Below are positions 29,150 through 39,783 of a stretch of 64,000 nt of DNA, piece after piece. Below the pieces are notes generated by a model. That model was given only the letters and a program-made list of their open reading frames with translations. It searched no databases and was not told where the DNA came from. The DNA comes from Pirellulales bacterium (GTDB taxonomy: Bacteria; Planctomycetota; Planctomycetia; Pirellulales; PALSA-1355). The stretch is taken from positions 64,001 to 128,000 of the forward strand of contig CAVTBU010000006.1 in the NCBI GenBank assembly GCA_963733035.1. Reading direction: 5' to 3'. The translations under genes and the position numbers were made by a program. Each line of letters starts with the position of its first letter. Within the stretch, counting starts at the first letter, position 1.

Positions 29150-30736
29150 CTAGCTGACCAGACCAAGCACTCCAAGATGCTTGAGGGCCGCGTCGAGCGA
29201 CTCTTGTCGCGAGCGGCCGCCATTGATGGCGTACGTGACAGCAGCTGTCTCGTCGCTGACGGGTTCCCAGGCTCTCGCGGCCGCCTGATAGATCGCCCAA
29301 TCGGCGTCGGAGGCATCATTTTCTCGTTGCGTCAGCCGCTGTTGGATGGTCTGCGAATCGGTCTCGCACCGGAACAAGGCGAGGGGGACCTTCCATCGCT
29401 TGGCCGCGGCCAGAAACGTACAGCGGCGCGCGTCTTCTCGAAAGCTAGCGTCGACGATCACGCGGCGTCCTTCGAACAATAATGTTTCGGCGCGCCGCAG
29501 GCATTCCGCATAGGTCCGCTCGTTCCACGCATCGCTATAGGTCCCGGTGCCAAAGGGATGCGGTTCGTTTGCTGTTTCGTCCTGACCGCTGAGCTGCTTT
29601 CGAACGACGTCGGAGCGAATCAACCCGCAAGATGCCTGCGCGGCAAGCTCGGCCGCCAGCGTCGATTTACCGCTACCGGGGAGACCACTGATCAGAATCA
29701 GGCACGGTCGCCGGTCGGGCGGTTCTAATTCACCTAGCGCCAGTAGCCAATAGCCTCGGGCTCGCTGGCGAGACTCTTCACGATCCTTCGCCGAGACTTC
29801 TGACTCTGCCTGTTTGAGTCCTTCCACCTTGCCACGTACAGCTGCTCGATAGGCGACGTAGAACGACAGCAACTGGCGACCTTCGTTGTCTCCGGCGGCG
29901 TCGAAATAGGCGTTTGTGAACACGTCGGCCAGGTCGCAGGCACCGTCAAACTTGAGATCCATCGCCAGGAACGCGACGTCCGCGACAGGGTCGGCGAAGC
30001 GAAACGCCTCATTGAACTCAATACAATCGATGACCAACGTCTTTGAGTTGTTACCATTGTCTAGAAAGTACACGTGATCGGTGCGCAAGTCGCCATGCGT
30101 ATCGCAGGGTACGTTGCGGGCGGCTCGCGATTCGATTAGGTCTGCATGCCGCGTGAGCGATTGATCTGTTAGCTCGCTCAGTCGATCAAACACTGCGAGA
30201 CTGATCGTTTTTCCAATTTGTGCTTGGGAGTCGACGAAGTTGGCTCGGGCGTTTGAGGCGACTACCTTCAGACGTCCGAATGTGGAGATTCGCTCGTCTC
30301 GCTCGGCGTTCGCATGAAACTGAGCAATTGTGCGGGCTAGCTCCTGCATCTGTGCGGGATGCACGATGCCGCGGCTCAACCGACTTTCGAGCGTGGCATC
30401 GTCGGGTAGCCGACGCATTTGCACGACCCATTCGACCGGATCGCCTACGCCGCCGAACTTCAAGCCGCTGCCTTGTTGAACGATGGGCACAACTCCCTCG
30501 TACACTTCGCGGGCCAGCCGCGCGTTGAGCCGCACCTCTTCTTCGCAGAAGTGTCGCCGCTTCTCGAGCGAGCTGAAGTCAAGAAAGCTCAACTTGACCG
30601 GCTTTTTGATTTTAAAAACCTGTTCGCCAGCCAGGAAGACGACTGAGATATGTGTCTGTCGCACTTCGACCGACGGGACGTGCGTGGGGTACGCGGCCGG
30701 ATCCGAGAGCGCGTCGATCAATCGGCGTAGATTCAT
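29150..30736 (-). CDS. Bifunctional aminoglycoside-phosphotransferase-like / P-loop kinase protein
   Basis: QTHISVVFL, KIKKPV, HGDLR, IDCIEFN, GLPGSGKST, RSDVVRK. Confidence 0.9.
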   Translation of the reverse strand: MNLRRLIDALSDPAAYPTHVPSVEVRQTHISVVFLAGEQVFKIKKPVKLSFLDFSSLEKRRHFCEEEVRLNARLAREVYEGVVPIVQQGSGLKFGGVGDPVEWVVQMRRLPDDATLESRLSRGIVHPAQMQELARTIAQFHANAERDERISTFGRLKVVASNARANFVDSQAQIGKTISLAVFDRLSELTDQSLTRHADLIESRAARNVPCDTHGDLRTDHVYFLDNGNNSKTLVIDCIEFNEAFRFADPVADVAFLAMDLKFDGACDLADVFTNAYFDAAGDNEGRQLLSFYVAYRAAVRGKVEGLKQAESEVSAKDREESRQRARGYWLLALGELEPPDRRPCLILISGLPGSGKSTLAAELAAQASCGLIRSDVVRKQLSGQDETANEPHPFGTGTYSDAWNERTYAECLRRAETLLFEGRRVIVDASFREDARRCTFLAAAKRWKVPLALFRCETDSQTIQQRLTQRENDASDADWAIYQAAARAWEPVSDETAAVTYAINGGRSRQESLDAALKHLGVLGLVS

Positions 30737-30813
30737 GGGAGAGTCCTTGCGTGCGAACTCTCATCTAAACAGATATTGCCCGAGCGATGAAGAGTCTAAA
30801 GCGAGCTCAATCG

Positions 30814-31848
30814 CTATTGACCGGTCGGCGGCGGGGGCAGGGCGAGTGTTGGGCTGGCCGGTGGAACCTGCTGTTCAATGTAGTCGCGGAGCAACGCGTA
30901 TGTGTTTCTGAACTCGGGACGCGAGACGAGCGCCTCGTAGCTGGATGATTGCATGACGCGATCGTAACGAGCGAGCGACTCCTGCAACGACGCCAGCGCG
31001 GGCGGTTTGTCGCCACCGAAGATTTCTGGCGGCAGAGCCAAGTACTCGCGCCATTGTTGGCTGACAATTCCATACAGCTGTTTGGCATTGGCCGCCAATT
31101 GATCACGAACGTTCGCTACGACCGGCATGGGCGTGGTCGTTGTGTCGGCCACGACGGTCGGCTGGAGACTCGGGGGCTGCAGTCTTGCCGTGTCGGTCAG
31201 TGCGACGAGGTCCTGCACGAGCTTCATGGCCGACTCTGGAATCCGTGCGGGTTGTTGTCCAATCGGCGCTCCGTAATACATTTCCTGGGCGACGGGATCC
31301 ATTTCGATGGCCGAACCGTCGAGTGATACGCCGGCAAACAACCCACGGCTGCGCGAGTAGGAAAGTATCTCGGCCTTGAGTCGCGCGTCGGTCGCGGCCG
31401 CCGCGTTTCGCCCGACGGGTCCGGCCGCTGCCGAGGCATCCGCGCCGATCGTAAATTTGCCGTTCAGTAGCCCCTCGACGCTCTTCTTTGTGCTGAATAC
31501 CAAGACGACGTCGGTGCCCTGTATGCCGGCTTGCCACCCCACGCTGCCACCGGTGAGCGTGACGAACTGCGGCAGGGTCCAGGCCCCGTTGGCATCGCGC
31601 ACCAGCACGACACCGTGGCCTCGTCGTACCGCGGCCACGAACCCGATTTTGATCACGTCGGGGATGATCGCCACGCCCTGCGCGTTGGCCAGCAGCGCCT
31701 CGGGAATTCGCTTGCCAGGGATCGTCGTTTGTTCGCGAAGGATTTCGTCGGCCGTAAGGACCGTGGCCTCAGGGTCCAGGGCACCGGCTATGGCAGGCAG
31801 GATGAGCAGCGACCCGGCCGCAACTGAAAACAAGACGAACCATCGCAT
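30814..31848 (-). CDS. Ysc84/SYLF lipid-binding domain protein, secreted
   Basis: GGSVGWQAG, ASAAAGPVGR, YSRSRGLFAGVSLDG, signal peptide. Confidence 0.9.
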   Translation of the reverse strand: MRWFVLFSVAAGSLLILPAIAGALDPEATVLTADEILREQTTIPGKRIPEALLANAQGVAIIPDVIKIGFVAAVRRGHGVVLVRDANGAWTLPQFVTLTGGSVGWQAGIQGTDVVLVFSTKKSVEGLLNGKFTIGADASAAAGPVGRNAAAATDARLKAEILSYSRSRGLFAGVSLDGSAIEMDPVAQEMYYGAPIGQQPARIPESAMKLVQDLVALTDTARLQPPSLQPTVVADTTTTPMPVVANVRDQLAANAKQLYGIVSQQWREYLALPPEIFGGDKPPALASLQESLARYDRVMQSSSYEALVSRPEFRNTYALLRDYIEQQVPPASPTLALPPPPTGQ

Positions 31849-32060
31849 GCGTGACGCTCCTAGGGTGGGAAAACCGGCAGGCTCGATGCTGTTCTAGCCG
31901 CAACGGCGACTTGCGAGCAATCTCGATTTCACGCGGTAGTTCCAATTCCACCACTTTGCCAGTATTGCTAGCTAGCCGAACTGGGCGGTGACGCGTTACA
32001 CTACGGTCCGTGTCGTTTTTCAGCCGCCATTCTCTCGTTTCCGGCTGGAGTCTATATCTC

Positions 32061-33686
32061 ATGGTCGCCGAACTCGAACCTGCTCCAGAAACTCCGCCTC
32101 GTCGAAATTTGCCCCGGCGAACGTGGATGCCCATTGGTGCGCTCGTGGTAGCAGCCATTGCGTTGGTGGGCGTGCAGTTCATTTCCGAAAGCCTGCTTGA
32201 CCTCGGGTCGAGGCGGATCGTGAGCTTTGTCATCGCCGTGGTGACAGCGATCGTCGTGGCGGCCTGGTTTTTTCTTGCTTCGGGGATCTCCTGGAGGTAT
32301 CGAGCGGTTGGCGGCGTGTTGTTGATCGGCGCGATCTCGCTGCTCGTGGTCAGCATTCGCCGTGTTGAGTTTTCCGGCGACATGGTCCCCACGTTTGACT
32401 TTCGTTGGATGCAGGACCGCATGGCGGCGCTCGAGGAGCATCGCACCCGCAGCGAAACGACGCTGAAGTTACCAGATCTGACGCAAGTCGAGATTAGCGG
32501 CGAGGACATCCTCGAATACCGAGGGCCGCATCGCGATGGGATCGAACCGGGCCCGGCGCTGGCACGCGACTGGACAAAAGTGCCGCCCAAGCTGCTTTGG
32601 AAGCAACCAGTAGGTGGCGGCTATGCGTCTTTCCTGGCAGTCGGACCGGTCTTGGTGACGATCGAACAGCGTCGCGACAAGGAGGCAGTTGTCGCCTACG
32701 ACGCCGATACCGGAGCCGAGCGGTGGGTCTATGAATATCCGGCACTGTTCAGCGAGACGCTTGGCGGCGATGGACCACGCGGGACCCCCACCTTTCACGA
32801 TGGAAAGATCTATGCTCTGGGGGCAACCGGACAGTTGACGGCAATTGACTTTGCCAGCGGCAAGGAAATCTGGCAGGTCAACATTCTGAGTGAAAACGAG
32901 TGCGGCAACCTCGACTGGGGCATGAGCGGTTCGCCGCTGATCTACGACGGCGTGGTGGTCGTAAATCCGGGCGATCAGAAAGGCACCGAGGCCAGCCGCG
33001 CGATCGTGGCTTACGACCTCGTCGATGGGAAACGGCGCTGGGCCGCGGGCCGCGCCAAGTCGAGTTATGCTTCACCGATGCTGGTAACGCTGGGTGGCGC
33101 ACAGCAAGTATTGATCTTCGACGGCGTGGGCGTGGCCGGCTGTGACCCGACGGACGGACGCGAATGGTGGCGTTTTCCGTGGAAGAGCGACTTTGATATC
33201 AACGCCGCTCAGCCGGTGGTGCTTGATGAAGAAAGAGTGTTGATCACTTCGGCTACCGGCACGGCACTGTTGCGCGTTACCGCGGATGGCGACAAGTGGG
33301 CGGTCGACCAGGTCTGGCAGAGTCGGCGGATGAAGGGGGGCTATGCCAGCCCCATCGCTCGTGAGGGTTATCTCTACGGGCTGGACGGAAGCATCCTGGC
33401 CTGTCTCGACTTGGCAAATGGCAAATTGAAATGGAAGGACCGTAGCGGCCAGTTTGGCCACGGCCAAATACTGCTGCGCGACGATTTGCTCTTGGTGCTC
33501 GGTGAAGCCGGTGAATTAGCCCTGGTCGAAGCGAGCTCGGAAAAGTTCAATGAGTTGGGACGCATTCAGGCAGTCGAAGGCAAGACCTGGAACGTACCGG
33601 TGTTGGTCGGAAATCGGATCTATGTCCGCAATCACTTGGAGATGGCCGCATATGAATTGCCGCTCGCGGGCGCGCAGGTGCCGTGA
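32061..33686 (+). CDS. Membrane-anchored PQQ-like (BamB-like) beta-propeller protein
   Basis: Three N-terminal TM helices, YRGPHRDG, GPRGTP, repeated A.D..G...W blades, TWNVPV...IYVRN. Confidence 0.85.
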   Translation: MVAELEPAPETPPRRNLPRRTWMPIGALVVAAIALVGVQFISESLLDLGSRRIVSFVIAVVTAIVVAAWFFLASGISWRYRAVGGVLLIGAISLLVVSIRRVEFSGDMVPTFDFRWMQDRMAALEEHRTRSETTLKLPDLTQVEISGEDILEYRGPHRDGIEPGPALARDWTKVPPKLLWKQPVGGGYASFLAVGPVLVTIEQRRDKEAVVAYDADTGAERWVYEYPALFSETLGGDGPRGTPTFHDGKIYALGATGQLTAIDFASGKEIWQVNILSENECGNLDWGMSGSPLIYDGVVVVNPGDQKGTEASRAIVAYDLVDGKRRWAAGRAKSSYASPMLVTLGGAQQVLIFDGVGVAGCDPTDGREWWRFPWKSDFDINAAQPVVLDEERVLITSATGTALLRVTADGDKWAVDQVWQSRRMKGGYASPIAREGYLYGLDGSILACLDLANGKLKWKDRSGQFGHGQILLRDDLLLVLGEAGELALVEASSEKFNELGRIQAVEGKTWNVPVLVGNRIYVRNHLEMAAYELPLAGAQVP

Positions 33687-33799
33687 GCGGTTGTTCCACC
33701 GAGAAGGTCTTTTCGGGGCCTTCACCGAGCCTACCGCTGCCGTTTCGCGCTTTCATCCGCATTGGAATCTTCATCACAAATAATCCATAACGATCTGCC

Positions 33800-34234
33800 A
33801 TGCCTCCCGTTTTTCGTCGACTCGATCACATTTCCATTGGTGTCAGGGATTTTGAAGCGGCACGTCGATTGTTCGTTGACGTGCTCGGGGGCGAGCCGCT
33901 CCGCGACGTCGGCAAGAACGAGGCCGAGAATTTTCAGTGGACGACGTTCCTGCTAGGTGGCAAGAAGATGGAACTGGTGGCCGCTATCACGCCTGGTGAA
34001 GGAGGCGTAGGTCGCTACGTCGAGAAACACGGCGAAGGCTACCACCACATTTCAATTAGCGTCGAGAGTCTGGAAAAGGCGATCACGTACTTCGAGTCGC
34101 AAGGGCTTCGCGTGCTTGCGCCAAATACCCAGGACCCGAATTGGAAGCACTGCTACTTGCACCCACAAGATACCCATGGCGCACTGATCCAGGTCTTCGA
34201 AGAGAACGAAAAGACCCTTGGGCATGCGCAGTGA
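33800..34234 (+). CDS. VOC-family protein, methylmalonyl-CoA epimerase-like
   Basis: LDHISIGV, MELV, GEGYHHISI, YLHPQDTHGALIQ. Confidence 0.85.
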   Translation: MPPVFRRLDHISIGVRDFEAARRLFVDVLGGEPLRDVGKNEAENFQWTTFLLGGKKMELVAAITPGEGGVGRYVEKHGEGYHHISISVESLEKAITYFESQGLRVLAPNTQDPNWKHCYLHPQDTHGALIQVFEENEKTLGHAQ

Positions 34235-34319
34235 GCGCACGATAAAAGACGACGCGTAGATGTTCCCAGCAACGCCGTTAACTGGACTTTTGATTTCGGG
34301 TCCGTGCGGCTCGCGGTTG

Positions 34320-35690
34320 CTATTGTTTCGTCGCGACGCTGGTGGGGGCGATACAGTAGATTCGAGCGCTGGTGCGAATGAGGAGTTTGTCGCCCACGAC
34401 GACTGGCGTGGCCATGCCCATATCGTCCGGTGCGAGCGGGTTCTTGTGTAGCACTTCAAATTCCTGGCCGCCTTTGATGACGAATGTGACGCCGTCTTCG
34501 TTCAGGCAGAACAGCTTGCCGCCGTATGCCAAGGGGGAACTCGTGAAGGCCCGGCCGTTGGGAATGCGTTTGCGAGGATAGACTTCTTCGCCCGTCTTGG
34601 GATCATAGGCTGTCATGAAGCCGCGATCGTAGAGGATATTCATCACGCCTTTATAAATGATGGGCGTGGGATGGTAGGGCCCCATTTTGGCCGAGGACCA
34701 AACGACGTAGTCGTTGGTCGTAGCTGGCTCGACGGGTGAAATGTCGCCGCTGGCGCCCGGACGTATCGCATACACGGGATTCTCACCCCACAGGACGTGT
34801 CCGGCGATCAGGTAGAGCAGGCCGTCGTACGCAAACGGCGTGGGAATGGCCAAGATGGATTTGCCCTTGATCTTCCAAAGCAGATTGCCGTCGAGATCGT
34901 AGGAACGCGCCCAGCCGACACCGGATGTAACGATTTCGGTGCGCAGGTCGTTTTTCCAAATGAACGGCGTCGCGTAGTTTGTCTTTTCATCTTCGCGATC
35001 GACGCGCAGCTTTTCCTCGCCGGTCTTCTTGTCGAGTGCCAGCAAATACGACTGCTGTTCGTTGTCATTGACGAGGTAGATGCGATCTTTGTGCAGTACC
35101 GGGGAGATGGACGTGCCCCAACCATATTGCGTTTCCTGGGGTGGCAATAGTTTGTTCCAAAGGGGCTTGCCGTCCATATCGTAGACAAATAGCCCGATGT
35201 TGCCGAAGTAGGCATACACGCGCTCGCCGTCGGTAGTGGGCGTTTCAGAAGCCAACGTGTTCTTGAGATGATGAGGCTTGGGCGGAATTGCCGTATGCGC
35301 GGTCTGCTCCCAAAGCTTCTTGCCGGTGTTTAAGTCCAGGCAAAGGACCTTCCACTCATGCGGATCCTTCGGCTTGGGATACTTGTTGGCATCGACGTCC
35401 TCGATGTACAGACCTTTGCGAGGTTCGGTCGTCTTGCCGGTGTTGACACAAGTCGTCAAGTAGACGCGACCATCCCACACGATCGGCGACGACCAGGCCA
35501 ACCCCGGCACGTCAGTCTTCCAGAGGACATTTTCCGTGGCCGTCCAATGGTCGGGCGGAAGCGGGCCACTTTCGTCCGGCATGCGCCCGGCCAGGAACTG
35601 AGGCACGTTGATTTCCGCCCCCAGCGCTGACTCAATGAGCAATCCGGCTCCCACTGCGGCCATAACTGCCAGCGATACGATGCGCGTCAT
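34320..35690 (-). CDS. Secreted PQQ-like beta-propeller protein
   Basis: ENVLWKTDVPGLAWSSPIVW, ASETPTTDG, FTSSPL, MATPVV...LLIRT. Confidence 0.85.
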   Translation of the reverse strand: MTRIVSLAVMAAVGAGLLIESALGAEINVPQFLAGRMPDESGPLPPDHWTATENVLWKTDVPGLAWSSPIVWDGRVYLTTCVNTGKTTEPRKGLYIEDVDANKYPKPKDPHEWKVLCLDLNTGKKLWEQTAHTAIPPKPHHLKNTLASETPTTDGERVYAYFGNIGLFVYDMDGKPLWNKLLPPQETQYGWGTSISPVLHKDRIYLVNDNEQQSYLLALDKKTGEEKLRVDREDEKTNYATPFIWKNDLRTEIVTSGVGWARSYDLDGNLLWKIKGKSILAIPTPFAYDGLLYLIAGHVLWGENPVYAIRPGASGDISPVEPATTNDYVVWSSAKMGPYHPTPIIYKGVMNILYDRGFMTAYDPKTGEEVYPRKRIPNGRAFTSSPLAYGGKLFCLNEDGVTFVIKGGQEFEVLHKNPLAPDDMGMATPVVVGDKLLIRTSARIYCIAPTSVATKQ

Positions 35691-35889
35691 CGGCTCGACT
35701 CCCACGAAGTGAAAAATGCGTGAAATGGATCGCCTCGCCTCGGTTGTGCTCCGTGCCGGGGTACCGTGCGGACGTGGTTGATGCTAACCGCCCATTTCGA
35801 CGAGCGTCAAGCATTTGTCGCAGAATCTCATCAGGGGCGTGCGCCTCGACGCTCGGGCGTGGTCGTGAATTGTCGGAAAAACGTCGCGG

Positions 35890-38800
35890 TCAGGGTGCCT
35901 CGATCGTTACTGCCATCACCACGGGGGCCGTGGCATCCGGACCTTTGACCAGTTCGATTCGATCGATTGGGTCTGTGCGTTTGGGTCGGATGGAAAGGTA
36001 ACGCAATTGACGCCCCTCCAGATCAAAAGCGAACTTCGACGCGGGCACGTCGACGCGTCGAATATAGTCTGCCAGATGGATGCCGTTGCAGAGCTCGTGA
36101 TCTTCGGTCGTGCCGTCTGCATAGTGCAAACGCACAATCAGGCTTACCGATCCTTTCTTACCGAGTGGATGGCCCCAACCGCTAATGCCGCCAAGGAGGT
36201 GGATCGCTTTGGCCGGCGCGTGGCAGGGCAGGCCGACCGACTTGGGCATTTCGGCGGTTAGCGAGCCGTTTGGACTAAACAGTAGGACGGCATTGGGTAC
36301 CCTTTCACCTTGCGGATCAACCAGTTGGAAGGGAACCCCGGCAAACGATTTCGGTTTCCAGTCGTCAAATACGAGTCGCTCGACCGGAGCATCAAGGTTT
36401 TGGAACATGCCGCGCGTGCTGACGGACGTGGCGACCTTGTCCAGCGGCAGCGGCAGGTACTTGCCGCGCTGGGTGAGAAACTCGAGTAGATCCACTAGCG
36501 CCTGCGGTTCAATCTGCTTTTCGAAGCCCTCGGGCATTAGCGACTTGGGAGACGCGACCAACTGATCGATGTTCTCGCGAAGCACGGCATGCTTTTTTCC
36601 TTCAGCATCAAAAAGCTCCACCGCCGCCTTGGATTCGGCCGCAAGCAGGCCCGTCAGAACCTGGCCGTCGGCCGTGGCCAGCGTATAAACACGGAAGTTG
36701 CCTTCAACACTTCGGCTGGGGTCAAGAATGTTTTCCAGGAGCTCACCCTTTGAATGCACCGCCATGCCAGTAAGGTCGGGACCGATGCGCGTACCGTCGC
36801 TGCCATGCACGTGGCACTTGGAGCATTGCTTGAGAAAGACTTCCTTGCCGCGCACGGCGTCGCCAGTTTGCGATGCTAGAGGCAAGAGCTCGGTAAACAC
36901 CTTCCTCCGGTCGGGGCTGGGCAGTACGCCGCCCCGCGACAACAACTCCTTGGCCTGCTTGCGAATTGCCGAATTGGGGTTCTCGGAGAGAGCCCGCTGT
37001 TGATCGAGTGAGAGATCGCTCCAGCGCAGCTTGCCGTCGGACAGGGCGTTGAGCAGCGTGCTGGTCCAACTTGGCCTCGCGAGCAGCACGCTCACTCCGG
37101 TCGCTCGAACCGCAGGCGTCAGCGCCGGCAATCGCTCCGCCATCCGTCGGCCAACGTCAGCCGATTGGCTTGCGGCCAGAGAGTTTAACAGGCCTTTCGC
37201 CAGTTCCGGGTCCATTCGCGGCGTAATCACCGCCAGCAGCGAATCGACGGTTTCGACATCGTCGCCGCGCAAGGCCATCAGATTTCGCGCCGCGTCGACT
37301 CTCTGTTTCGAGCCAACGGAATCGTCGTCGATGCGCGAAATGAAGGTGGCGACCAATTCCGCGGCCAATCTGTCGAAGTGGTGGCTTCCCCAGCGCTCGA
37401 CCAACTGAACCATGAGCGCTCGACCTTCCAGGCTAAGGCGGGGCACGATACCGTCAAGCGCTCCCTTCACGCGGTCCAATGCGGGAGGTTGTTCGATTGG
37501 CCAACCTGCGGCTGTCCCGCGGACCACAACTTCGGCCATGGCGGGCGGCATCTTGGCGAGCGGCGCGACGAGCCAGACGACCGAATCGTGGGGTCCGCTC
37601 CGCGCCCGGTGCTCCGTGACGATTTGGGAGATCCGCAACAGATTCTCGTGCGGAGGGTCAACGTTGGCGGCCGCGGACAAGAACGTTTCACTGTTGGTCG
37701 CCGCCGCACAGATCACGGCATCCTCGATCCAACGATCCCTAGCAGTCGACTCATCCTGCGCGAGATCGACCAGGATCGGGCCGAGTTCGCTGCGCGGAGG
37801 GCCATCGGCCATGGCCAAAAGGGCTGCAAGCCGAACTTGCGGATCGCTGTCGGCCAACAGCCCACCTTCAATCATCGCCGCGAGGGAACCCTCATTGGCC
37901 GGCAACACTTGAATCGCGTTACGCCGTACGCCGGCGGACGGATGCTTCAACGCCAGGAAAGCAGCCGACATTGCCTCGGGTTGCGAGCCATCGAGTGCAC
38001 TCAGTCCGTGCATCGTCCACAGCGCATGAATGGCACCGACGTTCAATCCGATTGCATCGACCGTATGATCGCTCGCCAACTCGATGAGCGCCGGTAGCAC
38101 ATCGAGTTGATTGCGCTCGACCAGCAGTCGTTGGGCGTGCCGCCGCCAGAAGAGGTTGGAATGGGCGAGCGCTTTGACGAGATTTTCGGGCGCGGTCTCA
38201 GACAGGTTGAACCGAGTGGGGGGCTCGCGGTCTGGTGCGTCATACACTACCCGATAGATTCTCGCGTGCCGCTTGTCGCGCAGATCGGTCTCGTAGGCGC
38301 GTCCCTTACCGGTGCTGAAACCAAGAGGCGTGGGATTGTGTTGCACGATGAAGTTGTACCAATCGACGACCCACATATTGCCATCCGGGCCCACGTCGGC
38401 CATTGTCGGCGCGCACCATTCATCGTCGCTCGACAGTAAATTGAAGGGACTCGTCGAACGAAATCCGGCGCCCGCCGGCGCGAGAACGAACGTACCGACC
38501 AGGTGGCCCGTCGGGCCGCAGACGAACGCGGTACGGTTCCAGTACTCGCGCGGATAGCGGCGGGCCGTATACAGAGCATGGCCGGCGGCGGCAGTGTAGC
38601 CGCCGAAGTGGTCCATTTGCCGAACTTTCACGGTGCTTGGCTTGAATAAGTGCGTGTCGGCGATCGATTCGAGCACTAGCGATGGAGTCCAGCCTCGCAC
38701 ACGTTCGTAGTAGCGATTCGGAATTGGCATGAAGACGCTGGGATTGCGATTCGCCGTGGAGGCGAAGATCAATCCGTCCTCGCTGATTCCCAGGCCCCAG

Positions 38801-39621
38801 GTGTTATTGTCGGTGGAGCGGACGAATTCGAGTTCCGAGCCGTCGGGGCGAAATCGAAGAATGCCCTGACGAAAGCGATGTTCATGATCGCCCACGACGA
38901 GTCGCGAGTCGTTGTAGCCCTGAGTAGCCCAAATCCAATTGTCCAGGCCATATCGCATGTTGCTGGGGCCGGCGTGCGTATCGCGCTGGTTCCAGGTGCC
39001 AAAGAGCACGCGCCTCTCATCAGCCACGTCGTCGCCATTGGTGTCTTTCAGAAACACGGTCTGCGGACCGTCGAAGACGATCACACCGCCATTGGCGAAC
39101 GTCAGGCTGGTTGGAATGCTCAGTTGTTCGGCGAAAACGGTGAATTTGTCGGCCCGGCCGTCGAGGTCGGTGTCCTCGCAAATACGAATTCGATCGCGCC
39201 CCTCGCCGGCCGGCTGTTGCTCGTTCGGGTAGTCGTACGTCTCACAGAGCCATAAACGCCCACGCTCATCCCAATTGACGGCAATCGGTTTGCCGCCCAA
39301 GTCGGGTTCGGCGGCGAACAGTTCAACATGAAATCCTTCGGGCACGATGAAGTGTTTGAGCGACTCCTCGGGCGGCAACGGATCCTGCATCTGACTGCGT
39401 GCCTCGCCTTGCACGCCCCACTTTTCGCCTGGCGTGTAGTTAGGAATTTTTTTGCCAACGTCGGTGTAGGTGAACGGAGCCACATCCGTCCGGCGCGGCG
39501 TCATCCTGGGGATCGGAAAATCGACCGTGGTCGTCGTCTTTTCGCTGGTTTCCGCAGCTGACGAACAATTGGTCGCGAAAAACAATCCCGCGCAGATTGT
39601 CGACAGAATCAAGCGACGCAT
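35890..39621 (-). CDS. PVC-type membrane-bound dehydrogenase-domain / HEAT repeat / cytochrome c (CxxCH) protein
   Basis: GFHVELFAAEP, WDERGRLW, GPDGNMWVVDWY, CSKCH, IGPDLTG, ILDPS, SLMPEG. Confidence 0.9.
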   Translation of the reverse strand: MRRLILSTICAGLFFATNCSSAAETSEKTTTTVDFPIPRMTPRRTDVAPFTYTDVGKKIPNYTPGEKWGVQGEARSQMQDPLPPEESLKHFIVPEGFHVELFAAEPDLGGKPIAVNWDERGRLWLCETYDYPNEQQPAGEGRDRIRICEDTDLDGRADKFTVFAEQLSIPTSLTFANGGVIVFDGPQTVFLKDTNGDDVADERRVLFGTWNQRDTHAGPSNMRYGLDNWIWATQGYNDSRLVVGDHEHRFRQGILRFRPDGSELEFVRSTDNNTWGLGISEDGLIFASTANRNPSVFMPIPNRYYERVRGWTPSLVLESIADTHLFKPSTVKVRQMDHFGGYTAAAGHALYTARRYPREYWNRTAFVCGPTGHLVGTFVLAPAGAGFRSTSPFNLLSSDDEWCAPTMADVGPDGNMWVVDWYNFIVQHNPTPLGFSTGKGRAYETDLRDKRHARIYRVVYDAPDREPPTRFNLSETAPENLVKALAHSNLFWRRHAQRLLVERNQLDVLPALIELASDHTVDAIGLNVGAIHALWTMHGLSALDGSQPEAMSAAFLALKHPSAGVRRNAIQVLPANEGSLAAMIEGGLLADSDPQVRLAALLAMADGPPRSELGPILVDLAQDESTARDRWIEDAVICAAATNSETFLSAAANVDPPHENLLRISQIVTEHRARSGPHDSVVWLVAPLAKMPPAMAEVVVRGTAAGWPIEQPPALDRVKGALDGIVPRLSLEGRALMVQLVERWGSHHFDRLAAELVATFISRIDDDSVGSKQRVDAARNLMALRGDDVETVDSLLAVITPRMDPELAKGLLNSLAASQSADVGRRMAERLPALTPAVRATGVSVLLARPSWTSTLLNALSDGKLRWSDLSLDQQRALSENPNSAIRKQAKELLSRGGVLPSPDRRKVFTELLPLASQTGDAVRGKEVFLKQCSKCHVHGSDGTRIGPDLTGMAVHSKGELLENILDPSRSVEGNFRVYTLATADGQVLTGLLAAESKAAVELFDAEGKKHAVLRENIDQLVASPKSLMPEGFEKQIEPQALVDLLEFLTQRGKYLPLPLDKVATSVSTRGMFQNLDAPVERLVFDDWKPKSFAGVPFQLVDPQGERVPNAVLLFSPNGSLTAEMPKSVGLPCHAPAKAIHLLGGISGWGHPLGKKGSVSLIVRLHYADGTTEDHELCNGIHLADYIRRVDVPASKFAFDLEGRQLRYLSIRPKRTDPIDRIELVKGPDATAPVVMAVTIEAP

Positions 39622-39783
39622 CGCGTTTCAATCCCAGGCTAGTCGAGGTCCGGCTGAGTGTCGAAGGAGGGCGAGATTCATCTTAGTTGAGTCGTTGGCC
39701 TGCCAAAAGCGGGCTCGACAACCTTAGAATTGTACAATTCGATTCGACCCGTCGGTCGTCGCTGGCTATCACGAACGTAATCA

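Noticed and set aside
29150..30736. Antibiotic-resistance call for the phosphotransferase-like gene
   Set aside because: The APH-like plus P-loop fusion is a widespread family. The fold alone does not show aminoglycoside resistance.
32061..35690. Calling the two PQQ-like propellers bamB or true dehydrogenases
   Set aside because: They lack the quinoprotein catalytic motifs seen in 51600..53528, and such paralogues are numerous in planctomycetes.
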